From positions 15,056,255 through 15,119,998 of the forward strand of contig JARDVH010000154.1 of assembly GCA_030324005.1 (NCBI GenBank): a stretch of DNA of 63,744 nt, given 5' to 3'. The stretch's first letter is position 1. Every line of letters begins with the position of its first letter. The position numbers and the translations under genes were made by a program. This stretch comes from Negaprion brevirostris. Taxonomy: Eukaryota. The notes beneath the pieces are model-generated. The model was not told the origin of the DNA. It saw only the letters and a program-made list of their open reading frames with translations, and did not search any database. Below, one piece after another: positions 38,583-49,264 of the stretch.

Positions 38583-38905
38583 CATAGACTCCCTACAATG
38601 CAGAAGGAGGCCATTTGGCCTGTTGAATCCGCACTGACCACAATCCCACCCACACCCTATCTCCACAGCCCCATGCATTTACCCTGCTAATCTCCCTGAC
38701 GTGAAGGGGCACTTTAGCATGGCCAATCCCACCTAATCTGTATATCTTTGGACTGTGGGAGGAAACCAGAGCACCCAGAGGAAACCTGTGCAGACAGGGA
38801 AAATGTGTAAGTTCCACATAGACAGTGACCCAAGCTGGAAATCGTGCCCTGGTCCCTGGTGCTATGAGGCAACAGTGTTAACCACTGTGCCAACATGTTG
38901 CCCCA
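38583..38905 (-). mobile_element. HE1-type V-SINE full length
   Basis: tail, V-core and tRNA head all present. Confidence 0.9.
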
Positions 38906-39164
38906 GTCTCTCTTGTTTGTCCATTTCTGAATTCTAAACAGTCACAGAGACCTAGATTCTAACTGGTTGTTAAATTTGCCATTTAAAGATCACAGCATTG
39001 CATGACTGAAGGAGAGCAAAACTGATAAGAATGCACAAGCAAGATGTCACTGGGAGGAAAACCTGAGGCTGAATATGGCCTGCATAAAAAAATTACTTAG
39101 GCCCAGAAAGGAAAGCAAATTTCTAATCTTAGCGGTTACAGTATTCTTCAATGTGGGGCAGGTA

Positions 39165-39420
39165 ACATAGAACAGCTCAGGAACAGTTGTGTTGGACATG
39201 ATGCCATATTAAACTAATCCCTTCTGCCTGCCCGTGGTCCATGTCCCTCTATTTGTATATTCATGTGCTTATCTAAAAGCCTCTTAAATGCCCCCATTGT
39301 ATCTACCTGCACCGCCACCACCACCCACCCCACCCCCCAAGTGCATGCCCTCTAGTATTAGATATTTCAACTCTGGGAGAAAGATTCTGACTGTCAACCC
39401 TATCTATGCCTCTTAGAACT
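39165..39420 (-). mobile_element. CR1 3' end fragment
   Basis: aacatagaacag..taaaagcctcttaaatg..ccctatctatgcctc. Confidence 0.7.
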
Positions 39421-39615
39421 TGAGTTTAGGAAGTCCCCATTATGTGGAGGCCAGATAAGGTTTCATTTTGAGGATTTTGTTTTAAAAATAGCACAATCAA
39501 GTCCATTGAATCTTTAAACCCAACAAGATTAAAGTTATTCAATATTGTATATTGGGTACAGCTAGGTTATTGTAACTGTTTTAAACCCATTTTTAACTCA
39601 GCTTTGTTCTGATAG

Positions 39616-39776
39616 ATTTTCAGCACTGTCTTCAGTGGCCGCTACATTATTTTACTCATGGGCATTTTCTCTGTGTACACTGGACTTATATACAATGATT
39701 GCTTTGCAAAGACACTCAACATGTTTGGCTCATCATGGAGTGTTAGGCCAATGTTTCATCCAATGGGAAACTGGAC
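39616..39776 (+). CDS. ATP6V0A1: coding exon 12 ([54 protein letters not shown])
   Basis: 161 nt, gatag/GTAAGT. Confidence 0.96.
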
Positions 39777-40139
39777 GTAAGTATTCCCGAAGTATGGTAA
39801 CATTGTGAGTTTTTAAATCTTTGTAAGAATGCTTTGTGTTACAAGACTGAGCGTGTTAATGCTAGGAAATGTGACATAGGTTTCAAAAATCAATTTACAT
39901 TCAGGTCAGGTATAGCATGATTACATTAGTTTCAAATGTCCTACAACATACTTGAAAAGAGTTGATGCTGTAATTGTACCAATTGAATGTGACAAAACTA
40001 AGATGTGCTAAGCTTCAAATCTTCAATTGTGAGATTAATCACAATATTTTTAATCACTTGATGGCTGTAAGTCACCATTATATTGCTCTTGGTGATCCAT
40101 TCAAAACTATCAACTCACATCCCAGAGTAAGATGACCTA

Positions 40140-40450
40140 CCATGGTAGCACAGTGGTTAGCATTGCTGCCTCATAGCTGGCCAGGGACTCGGGTTTAATT
40201 CCGGCCTTGGGTAACTGTGTGGAGTTTGCACATTGTCTGTGTGGGTTTTCTCCAGGTGCTCTGGTTTCCTCCCACAGTCCAAAGAAGTGCAGGTTGGGCG
40301 GATTGGCCATGCTAAATTAATCTTGTATCGGGGGATTAATAGGGTAAGTACGTGAGTTACAGGAAGATGGCTTGGGTTTGATTGTCAGCGCAGGCTCAGT
40401 GGGCCATTTGGCGGGTCATTTGGCCTCTTTCTGCTCTGTAGGGATTCTAT
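40140..40450 (+). mobile_element. HE1-type V-SINE full length
   Basis: ggtagcacagtggttagc..gggattctat. Confidence 0.9.
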
Positions 40451-40788
40451 AATTCAGCTCACTTCATGCGTGACAGAGTAAAGAAGTATTAAAATATCTT
40501 CAGAATGCAGAGCTTTTGCAGAAATAAAAGTAGCCCTGACCAGTGATGATTTTTTAAAGAAGTAACACATTCAGTGAGAAAGTCAATAACAATTAATTGG
40601 CAGCCCTTGTGACAACACTGCAACAGTGACCCCCACCCAGCATCCTGAGATCTTAAAGTTTTTTAAATTTTCCTTTGTTATTGTGAGTATCCATTTAAGG
40701 AATTTTTAACACTCTCTAGATTTAGCTTCAATAAACCAGAAATTACAACAGTTATTTTAGATTTAATAGTGTCATAATATTTTTGCAG

Positions 40789-40879
40789 AGATAAAATCCT
40801 TCAAGAAAATCTGAATCTTCAGCTAGACCCTGCTCATCCTAATGTCTTTAATGGACCATATCCTTTTGGAATAGATCCT
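40789..40879 (+). CDS. ATP6V0A1: coding exon 13 (DKILQENLNLQLDPAHPNVFNGPYPFGIDP)
   Basis: 91 nt, ttgcag/GTAAGT; YPFGIDP motif. Confidence 0.96.
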
Positions 40880-41543
40880 GTAAGTTAATTGTGTTTTCTT
40901 ATAAATTTCCATGGTTTGTAGAAAATTAAATTCAGCCTGGCATGTCTTTTAACTATTCACACTGAATACTAGTGCTGTAATCCTTAAGTACCAACTTGCA
41001 ATCTAAATTGTATCTTTTTTATTTATCTTTTGATTTAACTGCTGAAATTTAAGTTTTATAGTGTTTTTCATGTGAGCATGATAAATGGATGGTGATTAGA
41101 TCATAATTCCATTGACTAAGTTTTTCCTTTCATCATTCATGCTTTTTGAATGGAAGTACTGTCTTGATAGAGATCAGTTTATGCACATCACTGTTTGTAG
41201 TATTAAGATTTTGAAAGCAAATGCACTGCGATTTACTGGAACATGTTTTTGTTAACTTAAATTTCAGTTCCAATCTGTAAATCATACAGAATACTTCAAT
41301 GACTAAGAGCAGCTAGTTGATGTATAGTACTATAAACTAGGGTGCTGAAACCAGATTAGAAGAAATATTTCCTGATGTTTGTTTCCAATCTTATTTCTGT
41401 AAATTACAGATTGAATGGCTTTGATAAGTGATACTTTAAGGGGCTAGGTTAAAGAAAACTACCAGTTAATTATTTAGCTGCTAATATTCCATCACATTGT
41501 GTTGTATCTCAATCAAAGGTTCTTTTACGATTTTTCTTCTTAG

Positions 41544-41662
41544 ATATGGAACATTGCTACAAACAAACTTACGTTCCTCAACTCCTTCAAAATGAAGATG
41601 TCAGTGATATTGGGTGTTGTCCATATGGTCTTTGGGGTTTCTCTCAGCCTCCTGAATCATAT
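41544..41662 (+). CDS. ATP6V0A1: coding exon 14 ([39 protein letters not shown])
   Basis: 119 nt, cttag/GTGAGT. Confidence 0.97.
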
Positions 41663-42919
41663 GTGAGTTGTTGCCTTCGGCTGGGCTTGGACTCATAAAG
41701 TATAGAAAAGTAGTTGTTGCCTGCTTCCACGTGNNNNNNNNNNNNNNNNNNNNNNNNNNNNNNNNNNNNNNNNNNNNNNNNNNNNNNNNNNNNNNNNNNN
41801 NNNNNNNNNNNNNNNNNNNNNNNNNNNNNNNNNNNNNNNNNNNNNNNNNNNNNNNNNNNNNNNNNNNNNNNNNNNNNNNNNNNNNNNNTTCCACGTGACG
41901 ATCAACCCTGTTTGACACCGATTTCCTGAAACCGAAATCTGGAGTGGAATTCCCCCTTGACAAAAAAAGGCAATGTTAGGTTCTGACTGAGACGGCCGTG
42001 TTCCCTTCCAGGAGCACAGCCGTGTTTTCTGACCAGGTTGTCTGACATGGTCAAAAAAGAAAATTTAGGGGGAAGTGTGGTTTGAGTTTCTGGCAATGTA
42101 GTGCCTAATACAGCCGGCAAGGCCGGATCCACAGAAATGGTACTCCAAGCTGTGAAAATAACTAACAACCTCTCACCTCTCGCGATGATCGAGAAAGAAC
42201 CCCACCCCCTAAGCTCCCTACCCCGCCAGTGGAGGAGGATTACTCTAGGCAGTGCACCATGGTGCATTCCCCTGAGGGCATAGTGCCAAGCAGCACTGCC
42301 AGAGGCACTGTCCAGCCTTGGTGCTCACCTTTTGGCCTCCAGTGTGGTCATCGTGACTGGTTTTCTTTTCTAAGAAACAGTAGTGAATCTCGTTGGCATG
42401 ACATTGCACTGCTGTGGGGGAGCATTCCACTGGGCCAGACAGTACAGGGTAAAGTAATCTAGTTGTATTTTAAAGTAATTTGAACTTAATGTCATCAGTG
42501 AGGAGCAGGGCAGATCTCAAAACCAGCTCTTGGTGTCACAGTCCCACTGTGACTCTCTTGTGAGATTTAGAAGCTATGATGGGGTTTGCAGCTGCAAGGG
42601 ACATGCCTGCTAAACCTCACCCCGGTTTCTCTGCAATGCTGCATTTTAAACAATCTGAACGTTAAATGAATCTATATCCGCTGGTGAGTCACAACTTTCA
42701 GAATTTGGTGGTGGGGGCCCTTTACAAAATTTGAGGTAGGGCTGGGAGAGGCACAGGTTTGTTAATTAAAACTCTTGTTGTCTCTGCTGAATTGTGCAAC
42801 TAAGCTAGTTTAGATCATCTGCAACAGAGAAGGCTAATCTTTTTCTTCAACTCTGGTCAAATCTGGACTTCAACTTCAGTCAAAGCCAAGATCTGACTTC
42901 AACTTTACCTTCACTGGTC

Positions 42920-43200
42920 ATAAAATCTCTACAGTGCAGAAGGAGGCCCATTAAATCTGTACCAACCACAATCCACCCAGGCCTCATTCCCATACTCCAC
43001 ACATTTGTCCCACTAATCCCCCTGACACCAGGGTCACTTTAGCATGGTCATTCTCATTCCACCTAACCCTCACATCTTTGGAATGTAGGAGGAAACCCAC
43101 ACAGGCACAGGGAGAATGTGCAAATTCCACACAGGCAGTGACCCGAAACTGGAATTAGTGTGAGGCAGCAGTGCTAATCAGTGTGCCGCTGTGCCATGCC
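42920..43200 (-). mobile_element. HE1-type V-SINE
   Basis: ctacagtgcagaaggaggcc..tgaggcagcagtgctaa. Confidence 0.85.
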
Positions 43201-43267
43201 CTAATATACTCAGGATGGTCTGTTCCTATTGTCACATACACAAAAATTCTTTGTAACTCTATCAGCC

Positions 43268-43560
43268 AGCATGGTGGCACAGTGATAGCACTATTGCCTC
43301 ACAGCAGGGACCCAGGTTCAATTCTAGCCCACGGTCATTGTGGGGAGTTGCACGTTCTCCCTGTGACTGCATGGGTTTCCTCTGGGTGCATTAGTTTTCT
43401 CCCACACTCCAGGTTGGTTGACTGCCCTTTAATGTTGGGGGGACAGCAGGATAAATAAGTGGGGCTGTGGGAATAGGGTCTGGGTGGGATTGTGGTTGGT
43501 GCAGGCTCAATGGGTCAAAATGGCCTCTTTGTACACTGGATTGAATCATAGAATCCCTAT
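43268..43560 (+). mobile_element. HE1-type V-SINE
   Basis: ggtggcacagtgatagcact..gggtgggattgtggttggtgcaggctc. Confidence 0.85.
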
Positions 43561-43727
43561 GGTGTAATCAAGTTAATTTACCAGTGATATTAAAGAAATT
43601 AATTCGTGGGTACATTGGGAGGGACAAACAATTTATTGTGCACTTGATCTATTTTTGCAAGCAATTGGAAATCAGTTGTGGGCTTAATTGTTGAATATTT
43701 CTAATGTCTTTTTATCTTTATTTCTAG

Positions 43728-43944
43728 ATATTTTAAAAAGCCGCTGAACATCTATTTTAGCTTTATCCCCGAAATAATTTTTATGCTGTGTTTGTTCGGC
43801 TACCTTGTTATCCTCATCTTCTACAAGTGGTCAGCTTATGATGCTAGCACGTCGAAAGATGCCCCCAGTCTTCTCATCCACTTCATCAATATGTTCCTAT
43901 TCAGTTACAATGATAAAACCATGAAGTATCTGTATAAGGGACAG
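43728..43944 (+). CDS. ATP6V0A1: coding exon 15 (YFKKPLNIYFSFIPEIIFMLCLFGYLVILIFYKW...YLYKGQ)
   Basis: 217 nt, ttctag/GTACGT. Confidence 0.97.
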
Positions 43945-44262
43945 GTACGTAATGTCTTGGAGGTGTTGATTATAGATATGTTAAGAACGTGTGCTCTAAA
44001 CAGATATGTTTGGCCACTTTTAAACTACTCACTGCTATTCACTGAGCACTTTGTAAATAATGCTCAAGTGGTCTGTGGATGTCCGTATTGTGTAGAACAG
44101 CAGATTGATGTGTTTGCCCAAAGAGTTGAAAGAAAAATACAAATTTTATGTTCTGTTTCATCACTCTTCTCCATTTAAATTGATGCTTATTCAAACTTTG
44201 CTGAACTTCAATATTTACTTTCATCAAACTGTAGTAATACATTAGGTTTTCTATTTTCACAG

Positions 44263-44370
44263 CGAGGTCTGCAATCTTTCTTGGTGGTTGTGGCTCTGCT
44301 GTGTGTTCCATGTATGCTTGTGGTGAAACCACTGGTACTGCGACATCAGCATTTGAGGAGAAAGCATTTG
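44263..44370 (+). CDS. ATP6V0A1: coding exon 16 (RGLQSFLVVVALLCVPCMLVVKPLVLRHQHLRRKHL)
   Basis: 108 nt, cacag/GTAAGC. Confidence 0.97.
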
Positions 44371-44619
44371 GTAAGCACTTTCAAAATATATATTTGACTT
44401 CAAATATGTATCTTTACACGTAGTTCCCACGACTGGGGATGGCAGCTAGATAGTTCAGTGCAGTACTGCACCATCGATCCATCACAAGGTAGCATATTTC
44501 CCTGGTCTTTATTGGTCCTTAATATTACAGTTTATTTCCTGAGGCGGGGAAATATCTAACCACTTTTCAAAATGTCAACTTAGTCGCAGTTAACACTCTC
44601 ACCTCCATTTTGAAGGTTT

Positions 44620-45061
44620 AAAGTTTATTTTAGTGTCACAAGTACGCTTACGTTAACACTGCAATGAAATTATTGTGAAATTCCCCTAGTTGCCGTACTC
44701 TGGCGCCTGTTTGGGTACTGAGGGAGAATTTAGCATGGCCAATGCGCCTAATGAGCACGTCTTACGGACTGTGGGAGAAAACCAGAAGAAACCCACCCAG
44801 ATGGGGAGAACACGCAGACTCTGCAAGACATTGACCCAAACCGGGAATTGAACTTGGAAAGGAAGGGAAATGGTGGTAATGTTGCAGCACTAATAGTCCA
44901 GAGAACCTGGGTTCAAATCTCACCATGGTAGTTGGTGGAATTTAAATTCAATTTGTAAAATCTGGAATGTAAAGCTATTTTCACTAATAGTGACCATAAA
45001 ACTGTTGTCAATTGTCATTTCCCTGGCACGAGAGGCAGCAGAGCTAACCACTGTCACCATG
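44620..45061 (-). mobile_element. V-SINE with Rex1-like tail, interrupted at ~44858-45019 by a + strand family-C SINE fragment
   Basis: head split between gggaattgaacttgg and tccctggcac..gctaaccactgtcacc. Confidence 0.8.
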
Positions 45062-45579
45062 TTGTTCTGAGTTTGAATTCAACCAGGGCTGATGAATGGA
45101 AAACTTTTTATTGTTAGCTGTAATTCTCCTTTATTAAGTTAGTGTGGTCTGCCACAACCCTGTTAATAGTTGGTATAGGTGCAGAGTCCAAGATGTCCTT
45201 AATTGAGCATTAATTGGCCACCTCGGTTTAAAAGAGTAAAGTTGTAGAGCCGCTTTTTGAAAAAATTGACTGGATGTACTAGAGAAAGTATTAATTTGCC
45301 AAGTGGTTGAGTACTTATGGACTGCAAGTATTTTATTTTAGTGCTAAAATACCTCACCTTGAGCATAAAAGCAGTGTAGGGTTATAATGGATATTTTGTG
45401 AAGTTCTATTTGAGCACAGCTCTGCATTGAATTCTGCAATAATTGTCAGTTTTTTATTTTGTGTAACTTAAATGTTTTGCCAAATATTTTGTGCATTAAG
45501 GTTGAGGAAAGTAGATGCTTGATGGTGGAGCACATTCCCAATAAGAGGAAGTTTGACAAAGTAGGATTGAAAAGTAGAA

Positions 45580-45843
45580 GTTAAAATTTATTTGAGTCAC
45601 AATTAAGGCTTATATTAACACTGCAATGAGGTGACTGTGAAATTCCCCTAGTCGCCACAGAATGGCGCCTGTTCAGGTGGCTGCACCTAACCACATTTCT
45701 CAGAACATGAGAGGAAACTGGAGCACCCGGAGGAAACCCACACGCACTGGGAGAATGTGCAAACTGCATATAGACAGTGACCCAATCTGGGAATTGAACC
45801 CGGGTCCCTGGCACTGAAGCAGCAGTGCTAGCACTGTGCTGTC
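45580..45843 (-). mobile_element. V-SINE with Rex1-like tail
   Basis: ttaacactgcaatgaggtgactgtgaaattcccctagtcgccaca + V-core + head. Confidence 0.88.
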
Positions 45844-45964
45844 TGGAGGTAGATATGAAGAAAATTGGTTGTGAACTGACTATTTTAAATATATAGTGCA
45901 TTGTAACCTAATCTGTCTTTAACCTTTGTCACATTTCACATTGTGTTGCCTTGCCATTTCCTAG

Positions 45965-46072
45965 GGGACACACAACTTTGGTGGAATAAGAGTTGGGAAT
46001 GGACCAACTGAGGAGGACGCTGAGATAATACAACATGACCAGCTTGATACCCATTCAGAAGATGGGGAAGAA
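45965..46072 (+). CDS. ATP6V0A1: coding exon 17 (GTHNFGGIRVGNGPTEEDAEIIQHDQLDTHSEDGEE)
   Basis: 108 nt, cctag/GTAAGC; a1-type cytosolic loop. Confidence 0.97.
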
Positions 46073-47264
46073 GTAAGCGTAACACAATGCATTAGCTATA
46101 ATTTGCTTTGTTCATGGGTGTTTGGGTTTCTTTACTGAGCAGCAGCTATGAGGGTGTTAGGCTTTTTCCTTGTTATTCCTGTAGCTTGAAAGAAGCGTGA
46201 AAAGGCATTCATGCGGAATTATCCAAAAGTTGAAGCTGGGCAGGAGCATGAAGTTTTATATTGTTGAATGCAATTTGTTATTTGAGTTTTGTTTTAAACA
46301 TTGTTATGGTGATCCTGTTCTCCATTTTGCCACCTCTTGGTGAGTTTAATATTCCATGGGCTTGTGGGCAAAATCGTAGAATAAATGTGGGGGAAATCAG
46401 TGGATATGGTATATTTAGATTTTCAGAAAATGTTTGGTAAGGTCCCACACAAGGTTACAGTATGAGATTTGGTAATACACTGGTATGGATTGAGGACTGG
46501 TTACTGGATAGAAAACAGTAGGATTGAATGAGTCATTTTTGATAGGTTGTGACTCCTGGGGTACTGCAAGGATCAGTGTTTGGTGTGCCAGTTATTCACA
46601 ATCTCTCACAATAATTTGGATATGGCGATTAAATGTAATCTTTCAAAGCTTGTAAATGACACAAAAGTGGTGGAAGTAAAATGTGAGGAGGATGCAGATG
46701 CTTCAAGAAGAGTTGGAGAGATTAAGTGAGTGTGCAAAATTTTCCAAAGGGAATACAATGTGGAAAAATGAGGGTTATCCATTTTGATAGGAAAAACAAT
46801 ATTTCTTAAAAGACAAGAGGCTAAGAAGTGCTATATAATCAAGTTCTTGATTTATATAGGATGCAATTAGGAAAGCAAATGGTATGATGGTATGATTTAT
46901 TCCAAGAGAATTTGAGTAGGGGAGTAAAGATGTTTCGCCACAATTATGTAGAGTCTTGGTGCAATTGCACCTGGAGTAGTTTTGCCGTTTTGGTCTCCTT
47001 ACCCAAGGAAAGCTATACTTGCAATAGAGGGAGTGCAGTGAAGGTTCACTAAATTAATTCCTGTGACAGAGGGATTGTTCTATGAGGATAGATTAAATAG
47101 ACTGGCCCTTTTATGCTCTGGAGTTCAAAAGAATGAGGTGATTTAATTCAAACCAATTCTTAGGGGGCTTGACAGGGTAGGTGCAAGAGGATGTGTGGNN
47201 NNNNNNNNNNNNNNNNNTTCAGAATAAGGGGCAGGTCATTTAGGTCGAAAGGATGACTTCACTG

Positions 47265-47836
47265 ATTTTTGATTTGATTTGTTATTGTCATGTACAACAT
47301 GTATTAGTATACAGTTAGAAGTATTGTGTCTTGTGCGTGCTACAGACAAAGCACACTCTTCATAGAGAAGTAAATGAGGGAGTGCAGAATATAGTGTTAC
47401 AGTCATAGCTAGGGTATAGAGAAAGAGCAACTTAATGCAAGGTAAGTCCATTCAAAAGTCTGACGGCAGCAGGAAGAAGTGTTCTTGAATTAGTTAGTAT
47501 GTGACCTCAGATTTTTGTATCTTCTGCCCAATGGAAGAAGGTGGGAAAGAGAATGTCCGGTGTGCGTAGGGTCCTTGATTATGCTGGCTACTTTGAGGCA
47601 GCAGGAAGTGTAGACAGAGTCAGTGAATGGGAGGCTGGTTTGCGTGATGGATTGGCCTACTTTCATGACCTTTTGTAGTTTCTTGCGGTCTTGGGCAGAG
47701 CAGGAGCCATATCAAGCTGTGATGCAGCGTGCCTATCCTTACTGATTATGGTCTATGGGTTGGGAAGTTCAGGATCCAATTGTAAAGGGAGGAGCTAAGA
47801 CCCAGGCCATGGAGTTTGGAGCTGGGTTTCATAGGA
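47265..47836 (-). mobile_element. Rex1/Babar 3' fragment nested in CR1
   Basis: homologous to 4681-5515 (tagtgttacagtcatagctaggg..ccattcaaaagtctga). Confidence 0.88.
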
Positions 47837-48011
47837 ATAATGATATTGAAGGATGAGGGTGGATAATCTTTAGAATTCATTGCCCCAGTAATCTGTGGAG
47901 GGTTAGTTATTGAGCATGTTCAAGTTGAAATTGATAAATTTCTACAAATTAAAACCATCAGGTGATAATGGGGACAGTGCAGGAAAATGGTGAAGTAGAA
48001 GATCAGCCATA

Positions 48012-48177
48012 AGATGTTCAGGGTAGGTTGATTAACCATGATAAATTGCCCATTCGTATCAGAGGGATTAGCAGGGTAAATACATAGGGTTACTAGGATA
48101 GGGCCTGGGTGGGATTGTTGTCAGTGCAGGCTAGATGGGCTGAATGGCCTCCCTCTGCACTGTAGGGATTCTATGAT
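48012..48177 (+). mobile_element. 5'-truncated HE1 SINE nested in CR1 tail
   Basis: taggttgattaaccatgataaattgccc..ctgcactgtagggattctatga. Confidence 0.85.
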
Positions 48178-48327
48178 GGTCACATTGAAAAATGGAGCAG
48201 GTTCAAAGGGTGCCTATATTTTATGTACTCAGTGAGGAATGGTATTGATCTGTCTCGCATGTTGAGTATCCCTTTAGTTAAAGCCTCACAAATCCCTGCA
48301 GAGTTGTTATCTGGAGCTAGGATGTTA

Positions 48328-48658
48328 TCATAGAATCATAGAAACCCTACAGTGCAGAAAGAGGCCATCTGGCCATCGAGTCTGCACCAACCACAATCCC
48401 ATCCAGGCCCTACCTCCCTCCATATCCCTATATATTTACCTGCTAATCCCTCTAACGCATCTCAGGACACTAAGAGGCAATTTTAAATGGCCAGTCAACC
48501 TAACCCAGAAAGAAACTGGAGCACCTGGAGGAAACCCACGCAAACACGAGGAGAATGTCTGTCTGTGTAGAGTTTGCACAGTGACCAAGCTGGGAATCAA
48601 ATCCAGATCCCTGGAACTGTGAAGCAGCAGTGCTAACCACTCTGCTACCGTGCCTCCC
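48328..48658 (-). mobile_element. HE1-type V-SINE full length
   Basis: (tcatagaa)2 tail to head gctaaccactctgctaccgtgcc. Confidence 0.9.
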
Positions 48659-49163
48659 GGATGTTGCTGCATCTGTTCATGGCATGTTATGTGAATCATA
48701 ACTGTTATAAGTGATGGCTGAAATAGTTGTGAGCAATATGGATTGTTCTTGAATAACTATTTATTTGTATATTTTTAAATTTAGTGCTTTTTTAATATGC
48801 TTAATTAATAGGTTGAGAATACAAGATCAGTAACCTCGCTCTGCTGTAAAAACCTTGCTTTAGGCTTTATAACTAAATGTAGCTACAATGAATCTCTTGC
48901 TCTTTAGAATTTTTTTATCTATTCAAGGTCCAGTATCTCAAATGGAGTTTAGTAATTGGAAGAAAATCTCTAGGTTAACATTTTGTTTGTAATAGGTAAA
49001 ACTCCCCTTTTAATTTCAGCATCAACTTTCTTGTTTGAAAAAGACCTGAAACTTTTGACCTGACTGATACAGGCACTACACAAATTATTTTAGTAAATCT
49101 GAGTGCTGTGTGAGAGAATTTTTTTTGCTGAATTTCAATAAAAAGATGTGCTTTTTACATATT

Positions 49164-49246
49164 TGCATGCATCTTAATAGCTACTAACTATGCGTTCATG
49201 TTCTCATTGCATTTAACTGCACTAAATATGTAATTTTTTTTGCAAG
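49164..49246 (+). promoter_or_regulatory. splicing-regulatory 3' intron end of the microexon: TGCATG (49164-69), TACTAAC (49182-88), UGC motifs next to AAG acceptor
   Basis: motifs read directly; RBFOX, branch point/QKI and SRRM4-type assignments from known motif preferences. Confidence 0.7.
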
Positions 49247-49264
49247 CCCACTGTGGAAGAATTG
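49247..49264 (+). CDS. ATP6V0A1: alternative 18-nt microexon (PTVEEL)
   Basis: tttttttgcaag|ccc act gtg gaa gaa ttg|GTAAGG, phase 0/0, same intron and size as the known 6-aa a1 insert. Confidence 0.88.

Larger units (their letters stand above)
46385..48228 (+). mobile_element. decayed CR1 RT/3' end, interrupted by Rex1 and HE1
   Basis: VDMVYLDFQK..KVPH, GVLQGSV, 3' UTR resumes after each insert. Confidence 0.85.

Noticed and set aside
39616-39623. Second acceptor attttcag 8 nt inside coding exon 12
   Set aside because: Would shift the frame; the upstream AG preserves homology
40140-40215. tRNA-like A/B-box sequences at SINE heads
   Set aside because: They are SINE 5' ends, not tRNA genes; no complete cloverleaf
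41725-41897. ttccacgtg on both sides of a gap (possible target-site duplication or double E-box)
   Set aside because: Cannot distinguish a TSD of an unassembled insert from contig overlap; only one E-box counted
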